Of a stretch of 64,000 nt of DNA, positions 1 through 10,269 are shown in pieces (positions within the stretch are counted from its first letter, which is position 1; each line of letters opens with the position of its first letter). The notes below the pieces were generated by a model that was not told the DNA's origin, searched no databases, and saw only the letters and a program-made list of their open reading frames with translations. The translations under genes and the position numbers were made by a program. The DNA lies in the NCBI GenBank assembly GCA_964016885.1, contig OZ024742.1, forward strand, positions 183,334,001-183,398,000, in the 5' to 3' direction. The DNA comes from Eledone cirrhosa (taxonomy: Eukaryota).

Positions 1-866
1 GACAAGATAAGAGAGAGGGGGACCCTTCAGTCATGCCAGGCACATGACAACCTCACTAGTGCTGGTGCCATGATAAAATGCACCCAGCAAGCTCTGCAAG
101 ATGGCTGATGTTAGAAAGGGTATCCGGCTGTTAAACCATGACAAAAAATGAAACATATGACCAGTCTATTCTCGGCCTGTGGCAACCTGTCAAAACTATG
201 CTAGCATGGAAAAAAGACAATTATGATGGTGGTGCCTGTAACTCCTACAAATGATGATTCATAACACAGAAACAAAATGAAAGATAGCCTCCCCCAACAG
301 AAGGGAACAAGAATTAAATTAATTCTATGCTGAGATGATAAAATGGGGAATGAAATATGTAAATGAATCTTGGATATAACCAAGTGATAACGTATGATAT
401 TTTGTTGGAAGAAAATAATTAGCTAATGATGAGGGAGAGGAAACATTCACCACTATAATTAGGGGGTTTGATAAAAGATAAATTTATGCTTTGATATGAT
501 CGAAAACACAGTTCAAGCTTACAAGAACTGGTGAGTGGAATACAGTTCAAGAGCTAAAAGTAAGATCAATAAATACATTAAATATTCTTCAGGAAACTAT
601 AATTTAAAGGTAGAAATATCATCAATACAGACATACATACACGCAAACATATAACATTCTTTATTATGGCTAAATCCAGAGTAAGAAGAGTCATTTCTTA
701 CTCATAATAAAAAATATTATTAATCTCTACTTTGGTGATGAGTGTTCATTTTTACATCATCAATATTACAGATTATACATATATATATTTCTTATAATAT
801 TTGCTCTCTGAGTTTTATATTTATATAATCCTTATCGATCCCTCTTCAAATTTTAGTCTTCACATT

Positions 867-1196
867 ATCATCATTTTACGTCCTCTTTTCCCTGCTTGCA
901 AGGGTGGGACAGGAACTGATTCTGGCTTGATTTCTACAGCTGGATGCCCTTCCTAACACCAACCTCATTTACAGTGAGTGTTGGGTGGTTTTTTGCCGTG
1001 GCACCTCCACAACCACTTTGCAGTGGAATGATATGAACCCCAGTCCCTATCATCTCATTTCTACAGCTGAGTAAACTGGAGCAATGTGAAATAAAGTGTC
1101 TTGCTCAAGGAAACAACACATCACCCGGTCTGAGAATTGAACTCACAACCTTTCGATTGCAAGGCCAATGCTCTAACCACTAAGCCATGTGCCTCC
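867..1196 (-). mobile_element. tRNA-derived SINE (CORE-like body, RTE-derived 3' tail), family 1
   Basis: Minus strand: A box TGGCTTAGTGG, B box GAGTTCAATTC, body CCTTGAGCAAGACACTTTA, 3' end matching the RTE 3' UTR at 8420-8630, (GAT)n tail. Three more copies in the window. Confidence 0.85.
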
Positions 1197-1262
1197 ATAT
1201 ATATATATATATATATATAAGTTATATCTGAATAAATACAGTGTGTAACCGAGACAGCATCA

Positions 1263-1340
1263 ATGTGTGTGTGTGTGTGTGTGTGCGTGTGCGTGTGCGT
1301 GTGCGTGTGCGTGTGCGTGTGCGTGTGTGTGTGTGTGTGT
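1263..1340. repeat. (GT)n/(GTGTGC)n microsatellite
   Basis: Direct reading. Confidence 0.95.
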
Positions 1341-2062
1341 AGAAAGAAAAAGCGAGAGTGGGGGTTGAGAAATTGTATAGTTATGCATGAGAAGGCAGTG
1401 AAAAGATCAATACAGTGTATCCTATCTTTATTCCATCTAGTGGTAAGGTTTTATTTACACTGTAGACACTAAAACTACTGTTCAATCAATCCTTTATTCA
1501 ATGCAATGCTGTATTCATTTCAAATCCATCATAGAATCAGGAACAATGTACTAACTGTACTAACTGTGTATCTAAAGAGAATGCTCCCCATCATTTTTTG
1601 CAGTTAGGCATCTCAAACCATTTTGAAACCAATCCATTTGAAACTGTCACTGGTTCTATAATTCAAAGCTGTTAATTTTATAGTGATTACCATCATCATC
1701 GTTTTTAAATAGACTTTTCGATGCAAGCTTCGGTTGGACAGGACTTTTGAGGTAATGTTTTAAACACAAATGCCCTTCATGACACCAACCCTTTTGATCG
1801 CTTCTTACAACACACAGGTGTACATATCTTAAACCAGATATATTTACCTAAAAATCTCCAATCATAATTTTTTTTTAAGAACATTTGTTAAGTTATGGTC
1901 CAAACACCAGCTTAATAATGAGTATGTTAGATTTGCTAAATCCCTCCAAATTCTATATTTTTAGAATTATAGGCAGTGTATTATATGAAGTATGGGGTAA
2001 CAAAAAGTAAAACAATCTGAGTATTAACCCATTTGATAAAAGATAAAAACACATGAAATCAC

Positions 2063-2200
2063 CCCTGGTTCTATTAAACTCCGAGCAACGCCGGACACTT
2101 CTGCTAGTTTTAAATAAACAACTTTGTATCATAGAACCAAGAACAGCTTCAAGACGGTTTAAGATTAAAAGTGTTAAACTGTAGTACACTGGAATAACTC
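2063..2200 (-). CDS. Possible host-gene coding exon (unidentified protein)
   Basis: Pyrimidine tract plus CAG acceptor (TTTTCTTTACTACCAG) before 2200; GG|GTGATT donor after 2063; 138 nt open in phase 1 (GVIPVYYSLTLLILNRLEAVLGSMIQSCLFKTSRSVRRCSEFNRTR). No homology recognised. Confidence 0.2.
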
Positions 2201-2356
2201 CTGGTAGTAAAGAAAACAGAAACAAGTAACATATTCTGCATCATGATGATGATGTCAATCATCAACTTCATCATTTAACTCCTCTTTTGCCTAACAAGGT
2301 TAGACATTCTCATATATATATGTCACACATACAGCATTCTTAGCACACTACTTGAC

Positions 2357-2357
<1 letters not shown>

Positions 2358-2427
<70 letters not shown>
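2358..2427. repeat. (TA)n microsatellite
   Basis: Direct reading. Confidence 0.95.
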
Positions 2428-2430
<3 letters not shown>

Positions 2431-2998
2431 TAGCTCCAGTAGATGAGTCACATGCTGGTTTTGTGTCTTGTGTGTCTGTGTGTGTGTGAAAAAGGTAAAA
2501 GGAAATATTTGAGGAAGGGGAATGAGACCAAAAAAAGTAAAGAGAATATATATATATGAATGTGTGTGTATCTGTGTGTACTGACCCCAAATATAAAAAT
2601 CATGACACACTGTCCAAACCAGAATATAAAACGATGGTGATGGTTACATGCCATCCTATAAACAACCAGTCTTCAGAAAAAGATGACAGTTATTTATAAT
2701 TTAAAATTAGTCATCATCATCACCACCACCAATGACATTATCCATCTTGTGAGAGTGCCTGAAAGCACTTATCTTACTCCATGTTATTGATTATATCTGG
2801 AAATCACAGGTATAAAGAAGCAGCAAAGTGAATTGACTTACCTGGGAATTGAACACACATTATATAGTCTTAGCTAACAAGAGGTTACTACTTACTGTTA
2901 TTCGACTATATCCTTCCTTGTCATATTTCTAATGAAATTCAATGCCTATCATTTTCATATAATTTTTTAAATAATCATGAATTTTTAGGAATTTAATG

Positions 2999-3288
2999 TT
3001 CTCAGGTCTTGAATAATCGCCCCGCCCACCCCCACCCAACCCAACCATGCTTATTAATTTTTCAGATTTTTTCTAATATCCCCCAGCTTATTAAATTTTG
3101 CTAACCTATCTCTGGTGAAAGTTAATTGTAAGTGATTCATATTGATACAGCAGCCAGAAAATCTGATAATTTTATTTTACATTAAAAAACATTATATGAC
3201 AAAAAAAAGGACATTACAAGAAATCTCATATTTACAAACTTACACTATACAATTACTCACACACACATTATTATTTGAGACCCGAGAG
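2999..3288. mobile_element. Probable MITE with ~17-bp imperfect TIRs
   Basis: CTCAGGTCTTGAATAAT at 3001 versus ATTATTTGAGACCCGAG ending near 3286; no ORF. Confidence 0.4.
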
Positions 3289-3659
3289 TAATTAACTTTC
3301 TTATTATTCAGTTGGTGTTTGGAACATAAAGATTCTTACACAAAATTATCATGGAACGATTTTAGTTAAATATAAACTGGTTCTTTCATATGAGACTGTT
3401 TAAAAAAAAAAATAGTCTCATATGAAAGAACCAGGGCCAGTTAGGTATCAAAGATGTTATGATACATTAGACTTATCATAATCAACAGTTTAACAATACA
3501 ACCTCTATGTAGTTGCTTCACTTGCAAGAAATAGCAGTCAAATCTTTATCAAATCAAACCTTGGACTGTGTCTGAACTAAAGACAATAGGAGTAGAGCTT
3601 CTATCATTAAAATAGCTGAGAAACTTTATGAGATGTAGCAAAAATTGTGCATAATATCT

Positions 3660-3940
3660 GAGTGGAGTTAACTATATGTTAGAGAACAACATGTCGTAGT
3701 AGAGATTTTATTTATCTCAGAGCGGTTTGCTACATGTTAAAGAACAAGATGTGATAGAAAGTTCTGAAATATAGTGGTATAAAATTCTGAAGTGTTGTAA
3801 TAGCAGATATTATGGTTTATATCTGAAAAAGGTTTGATATATGTTAGAGAACAACATGTGGTTGCAGAGACTATATATCTGAGAGAGGTTTGCTACCTAT
3901 TAAAGAACAATACATGGTAGCTAGTTCAGAAGTGCTGGGG
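3660..3940. repeat. Degenerate minisatellite (~55-60-bp units containing GTTAGAGAACAACATGT)
   Basis: Motif recurs near 3678, 3735, 3842 and 3900. Confidence 0.55.
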
Positions 3941-4018
3941 CAGAGATGATGTACCAGCTTTGAAAGTAATGAAATTGGAATGAAGATTAATAATAAAACA
4001 ATAATAATCAACACAAGA

Positions 4019-4150
4019 GGGCGGTGGATTGACAGTATCGGTAGAGCCTCAGACACCATGCTGAGTTCAAATCCCGTTGAGGTTAGCTCTGTGTTTCTTC
4101 CTTATAGGGTTGATGAAATAAAGCACCAGTAATGCACTGGGATTGATTTG
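4019..4150 (+). mobile_element. tRNA-derived SINE family 2 (Nin/Deu-like domain), degenerate
   Basis: GAGTTCAAATCCCG B box; homologous to 43655-43850. Confidence 0.65.
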
Positions 4151-4498
4151 ATCAAGTTTTTCCATTCCCCAAGATTGCCGTTTTTATAAAACAGTCACAT
4201 GACCAGACATTTTGGGGTGGTGGAGGTAGAATCAAATCAACCTCTACTATTAAAAGTTTAAAAAATTACTACACTGAACCCATTCAATGCCAACTCACCT
4301 AAAGTTGCCTGTTCCTATAAAACAAAACCACCCCAATTTAAAGGGTCCTTACTTCAATTAAAACTCTCAAACAATTTTATATAAGAACATTTTTGATGTT
4401 ACAATGAACATCTTAGTGAAATTATAAAATTATAATATAAATAAATTTTTCCAAATTCTTCATTAATTAATTAAAGTACAAAGTATTTAATTAGAAAT

Positions 4499-4762
4499 AT
4501 GTCAGTCCTATGCGAGCAAGACAACCACTCTTGCCTCAAGTGGGAAAACCCCCGTCCAAACCCATGCAAGTGTGGAACAGAGACGTTAAACGATGATGAT
4601 GATGATGATGATGATATATCATCATCCTCATCATTTAACATCTATTTTTCCATGCTTGCATGGGTTAGATGGGTTGTCGCATTACAAGACAAGTCAGGTC
4701 CAGAGATTAAGTCATCCTCATGCAGATCTATATTTTGGCTTGGTTTCTACAGCTGGATGTAC
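4499..4762. mobile_element. Two tail-to-tail RTE 3'-end fragments
   Basis: 4499-4616 matches the RTE family 2 3' end with a (GAT)n tail; 4618-4762 is a related 3' end on the minus strand. Confidence 0.7.
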
Positions 4763-4826
4763 TAACACAATGCGTTTGAAGAATGTTAAATCGCCAGGAT
4801 AACAAAAGAATCTTACCTTAGCAAAT

Positions 4827-5078
4827 TTAAGGTAAGGTTCTTTTGTTATCCCCGTTTTTCTCCTCCTTGAGTACACGGCTTAGCATTGCCATATGTGGCA
4901 CTATGAGGTCGTAGGCCTTCTCGATTTCTTTTCTTTTTCTTTCTATCTGCGCCAGAGTCCTAAGGAAGCCATGGTTCCTCAGGGTCTCCACAATCTTTTT
5001 GCTTGGTGGTGACCCATCAGCCAGGCACCACCCTTTGATCAAAACCGTTAGTTCCATCTTTGACCAGTTTCGCTGGCT
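4827..5078 (-). pseudogene. Myb/SANT-like (trihelix-type) domain fragment, probably transposon-derived
   Basis: Translation RNWSKMELTVLIKGW...LRNHGFLRTLAQIERKRKEI fits the W-S-x2-E-x3-L-I ... G-x2-R-T-x2-Q-x3-K pattern. Confidence 0.5.
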
Positions 5079-5129
5079 TATGTATGTATATGTATATGTA
5101 TATATATATGGATATATATGTATATGTAC

Positions 5130-8100
5130 AACTCTGAATTAATAGATGAAATGAATATGAATCCGCGAGCTACCAAGCACCCATGTGAAGCGCCAATCCA
5201 GAGAGAGGAAGCACACACACACCCCTGCAAAAATCGACCCTTCTCTACGAGTGTCGACAAATGCCCAAAACTCCGAGTTGGTACCATCAATGTAAGCACG
5301 ATGAAAGGAAGAGCAGGAGAAATTGTAGAGATGCTAGAGCGAAAGGAAATTGATGTATGCTGTGTGCAAGAGACTAGATGGAGAGGAGAGTCTGCTAGAG
5401 TCCTTGTAGGAAAAAGTCGGTGCTACAAATCTTTCTGAGTGGGAAATGACGATGGGATGGGTGGTGTAGGTATACTACTAGCTGACAAATGGGTAGATAA
5501 AGTAATCTCAGTGTACAGGGTAAATGCAAGAATCATTAAACTCAGACTAGTCCTGAATAAAACAATTACCACAATAATATCAGCTTACGCACCCCAATCG
5601 GGGTTGCCAGACAAACTTAAGGATAGATTTTACGAGTCCCTAATGCACACTAGTGCTCTAACAAACGACAATGACTTCCTAATCATCGCAGGAGATTTTA
5701 ACAGACACGTAGGTAAACACTGTGACGGATTCAATAGAGTCCATGGAGTTAGCACAAAAAATGAAGAAGGATTCAGACTTCTAGAATTCTGCGACGCCAA
5801 TGACATGTCGATATGTAACACAAACTTCAAAAAACCCGACAACCACCTGATCACCTATAGATCAGGGGAGCATTCTAGTCAGATAGATTTTATCCTCATC
5901 AGAGGAAGTGACAGAAGGACGGTCGTAAACACAAAAGCCTTCCCTAGTGAGGAATGTACCTCCCAACATAGCTTAGTTGTCAGCGACCTCACAGTCAGAA
6001 CTAGACGTACCTGGAAACAGAGGCCAACCTGGAGAAGAAAGATCTGGAAGCTGAAAGACCCCTCAGCCAGTAACAGATTTAAAGATATTTTACTCAACGC
6101 CTATGACAGTAAAGAAGAACAGATAGAGACATTCAATGTAGAAGAGCACTGGGAGTTCCTAAAAAATAACTTACTAGAGGCGACAGATGAGGTCTGTGGA
6201 TGGAGTAAGACCACAAGCAGGAGGAGAGTCACTTGGTGGTGGAACAATAAGGTAGATGAGGCAGTTAAGGCCAAGAGACAGGCATGGAAAGAATGGAAGA
6301 ATGGGGGGAGCAGGGTACATTACATAGAGACCAAGAGGGAAGCTAGGCGACAAATATACTTAGCTAGGAGGGAAGCAGAGGATAGAAAATTCAAGCATGT
6401 TTTGCAACATGAGGACCAGAAACAGGAGGTGTTCAAGATTGCGAGGCAGTGTGTCAGAGAGAATTGTGATATCATTGGAGAGAAGTGTATCCGGAATGAT
6501 AAAGGTGAGCTTGCCCTTACAAGTGCTGAGAAGAAAGATGCATGGAAGAGTCATTATGATAGATTACTAAATGAGGAGAATGCATGGGAAGAAGAGACCC
6601 TACCCCAAGTAGACCCTATAGCGGGGCCAGTAGTACAAGTTAGCAGCAGCGTAGTAAGTAAGGCAATCAAAGATATGAAGATGGGGAAGGCAACCGGTCC
6701 ATCGGGTATAGCTGCCGAGATGCTGAAGGCATCTGGGTCTGTAGGTCACACTATAACCACACGTATTGTTAACCAGGTAATACTAGAAGGTGTCATACCA
6801 AAAGATTGGTGCAGTAGCATCATTGTCAACTGCTACAAAGGTAAAGGTGATGCACTCGATAGAGGAAACTATAGAGGTATAAAACTGATGGACCAGGTCA
6901 TGAAAGTAACAGAAAGAGTTATAACACAGTTGATTAGGGACCGGGTGAAACTAGATGAGATGCAATTTGGGTTTGTACCAGGAAGAGGCACCACTGATGC
7001 CCTCTTCCTTGTGAGGCAGTTACAGGAAAAGTACCTAGCTAAAAGTAAGCCACTCTACCTGGCATTCGTCGATCTCGAGAAAGCCTTTGACAGAGTTCCA
7101 CGTGCTGTAATCTGGTGGGCTCTTAGAAAACTAGGAGTAGATGAATGGCTTGTGAAAGCTGTACAAGCCATGTATAGGGGAGCAGTCAGCAAAGTTAGGA
7201 TTAGCAATGAGTATAGCGAGGAATTTAGCATACAGGTTGGGGTCCACCAGGGCTCTGTTCTTAGCCCTCTCCTGTTCATCATAGTCCTGCAGGCAATAAT
7301 GGAGGAGTTTAAGACTGGATGCCAATGGGAACTCCTGTATGCTGATGACCTCGCACTTATAGCTGAATCTATGGTAGAACTAGAGAAGAAATTCCAAGCT
7401 TGGAAGCAGGGACTAGAAAGAAAGGGTCTCAAAGTCAACATGACAAAGACTAAGGTCCTTGTAAGTAGACGAGAAAACAGAACCCAGATCCCCTCAGGGA
7501 AATGTCCTTGCTCAGTATGTAGGAAAGGTGTAGGTAGGAACTCCATTCTCTGCCCCAAATGCAAACAATGGGTACACAAGAGATGTAGCGGGATCTCAGG
7601 AAGCTTAATTAAGAATGTAGGCTTCACATGCAGGAGCTGTACTGGGACAGCAAGCAGCAAACAGCCACAGGAAACAAGTACCACCAATCTCTGGGAGGGC
7701 TCTGTAGAGACAGTAGACAGCTTCTGCTACCTAGGTGACCGAATTAGCAGCGGAGGTGGGTGTTCGGAAAGTACAATAATTAGGGTAAGAACAGAATGGA
7801 AGAAGTTCAGGGAACTACTACCACTGCTAGCTGCAAAAGGCTTCTCCCTCAAAATGAAAGGCAGACTGTATGATGCGTGTATCCGAACAGCAATGTTACA
7901 TGGTAGTGAGACCTGGGCGCTGAAGGTGGAAGACTTACGTAGATTAGAGAGAAACGAAGCCTGCATGCTCCGATGGATGTGTTATAGTAATATACGCGAA
8001 CGACAAAGCATAAATGAATTGAGAGAGAGACTGAGCATAAGAGGAATCAAATGCTGTGTGCAGGAGAGGCAGATGCATTGGTATGGACATGTGATGCGTA

Positions 8101-8630
8101 TGAAGGATGACAGCTGCATAAAAAGGTGCAGAGCACTAGAAGTCGAGGGAAACCGCAGAGTGGGGAGACACAAGATGACCTGGGATGAGGTGATAAAAGC
8201 CGACCTTACCCAATTACACCTCTCAAAGGTGATGACACACGACCGTGACCTCTGGCGTCACGCAGTAATACAGAGTACCTGACCTCCCATGGGTACAAGC
8301 TGAAGCATATAGACAATATGCCCCCACACCCTCCCACTGCAAGGTGGTCGTGGAGGTGCCACGGCAAAAAAGCACCCAGCCCACACTGTAAAGTGGGCGT
8401 GTAGGTGCCACCGAATAAAAAAAAGCACCCAGCACTTACTGTAAACGAGGTTGGTGTTAGGAAGGGCATCCAGCTGTAGAAATCAAGCCAAATCAGTTCC
8501 TGTATGAGCAAGGCATGGTCAGCCGACCAGACACTGCCCACAACAGGACAACCCGTCTAACCCATGCTAGCGTGGAAGAACGGACGTAAAACGGTGATGG
8601 TGATAATGATGATGATGATGATGATGATGT
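5130..8630 (+). mobile_element. Near full-length RTE-clade non-LTR retrotransposon (family 1)
   Basis: APE motifs (GTINV, CVQETRW, SAYAPQ, AGDFN, QIDFIL, SQHSLV), RT motifs ([30 protein letters not shown]), ~350-bp 3' UTR, (GAT)n tail. Confidence 0.95.
5151..8282 (+). pseudogene. RTE ORF: AP endonuclease + reverse transcriptase + PHD-like finger, one in-frame TGA at 5436-5438
   Basis: ORFs 5118-5438 and 5439-8282 are in the same frame, separated only by TGA at a probable Trp codon (F*VG). Confidence 0.9.
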
Positions 8631-8784
8631 ATATGTATATATATGTATATATATGTATATATATGTATATATGTATATATATGGATATGTATATATATAT
8701 ATGTATATGTATATATGTATATGAATATATATATATGTATATGTATATATATGTATATATATATATATGTATATGTATATATAT
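8630..8784. repeat. (TATATG)n-type array
   Basis: Direct reading. Confidence 0.9.
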
Positions 8785-9167
8785 GGAGGAACATGGCTTA
8801 GTGGTTAGAGCATTGGCCTTGCAATCGAAATGTTGTGAGTTCAATTCTCAGACCGGATGATGTGTTGTTTCTTTGAGCAAGACACTTTATTTCACATTGC
8901 TCCAGTTTACTCAGCTGTAGAAATAAGATGATAGGGACTGGTGTCCCTATCATTTCACTGCAAAGTTGTCGTGGAGGTGCCACGGCAAAAAAGCACCCAG
9001 CCCTCACTGTAAAAGTGGACGTGTAGGCGCCACGGAAAAAAAGCACCCAGCACTCATTGTAAATGAGGTTGGTTTTAGGAAGGCCATCCAGCTGTAGAAA
9101 TCAAGCGAGAATCAATTCCCATCCCACCCTTGCAAGCAGGGAAAAGTGGACGTAAAATGATGATGAT
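8785..9167 (+). mobile_element. SINE family 1
   Basis: Homologous to 867-1196; A and B boxes, RTE-like tail. Confidence 0.85.
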
Positions 9168-9225
9168 ATATACATATATATATATGATATTAATAAATGG
9201 AAACTAAATTTATAAAACCATATTT

Positions 9226-9284
9226 ATTCTATTATATATATTTCTAGGGTACCAAAACTTTGGTACGCTCTCATCAGATAAAAT
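9226..9284 (-). ncRNA. Minimal type I hammerhead ribozyme (family A)
   Basis: ATTTTAT-CTGATGA-gAGCGTACCA aagttt TGGTACCCTa-GAAA-TATATA-TA|ATAGAAT: stem I, stem II hairpin, palindromic stem III. Confidence 0.75.
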
Positions 9285-9473
9285 ACAAAGTTTGTTTTAT
9301 AAATATTGACATATCCAGGAAGGAGATCTTAACGGTTCAAGTTTTTCGCTAAACAATGAACTCTTACTTCGATTTACAAAAGAACATTTGTATATAAGAC
9401 CCCAATCTAATGAGTGAAACCAGCAAAACAATAAAATAAGTATAAATAAATAATGTAAAAAAGTTTCACTAAC

Positions 9474-9540
9474 CTGCTTCAATAAGTTTATCCATCTTAT
9501 ATGTCAGTCGGTAAATTCCTTATTTAGATAATTTTCATTC
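9474..9540 (-). other. Possible host exon carrying a start codon (MDKLIEA, phase 1)
   Basis: TTTTTATTTGCAG acceptor, CAG|GTTAGT donor, ATG at 9495; phase-compatible with the 2063-2200 candidate. Confidence 0.2.
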
Positions 9541-10269
9541 CTGCAAATAAAAACACGGGGAAAGATATAATTATATGACAATCTCCCTAATGCAAGTGAC
9601 AAGATAAAATGCACCCAATACACTCTGTAAAGTAGTAATGCTGGTGAAACATTAAAAAGCATCCAATAGAATTTGTAAAGTGGTTGGTATTAGGAAAAGC
9701 ACCAAGCTGTAGAAACCTTGCAAAACTTTTGAATACATATAAAACATGTGGTCTCCCAGCCATTCTATGGGGACATTAGTTCAAATTGTGTAATGTATTG
9801 GTCATACTAGCATAGACAAATTAATGAATGATGATGAAAATATATGTTCACATGTGGGTACATGTTTCTATTTCAATTCATATCTGCTTTCCACAATATA
9901 GTAACTTAGCAACTTGAAAAAAGGGTTCAATATACATGTAAGGGGGGATGGGCTGGTTGTTTGTGACTGACAAATATAAGTGTGTGTGTGTGTGTGTGTA
10001 TAATATTTCATACACTTAAGAAGTATGAATGACCTAAGATACTGAAATGGTTCATCCACTATATAGTGGTGGCCATAACTGGACCCCAAAACCTAATGTC
10101 ATGCATACACGTCAAGTGCATGACATTTTAATTATACTAAATAAGCTAGCTCTCTTGTACTAGATTTAGCAGTTTTTCTTGGTTTTTTTATTTACGGATA
10201 TTCAGCATATATACATATATATATTATATGTAAATATATATATATGTGTGTGTATGAATATATATATAT

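Noticed and set aside
7340-7352. CTGATGA here and near 12493 as hammerhead cores
   Set aside because: They encode the RT YADD motif, and no matching GAAA/stem architecture follows.
5630-8173. Minus-strand ORFs overlapping the RTE, and similar antisense ORFs over other RTE and PLE copies
   Set aside because: Antisense shadows of the retroelement coding frame, with no independent motifs.
8785-8856. tRNA gene
   Set aside because: tRNA-like head of a multi-copy SINE, contiguous with the SINE body; no proper acceptor stem.
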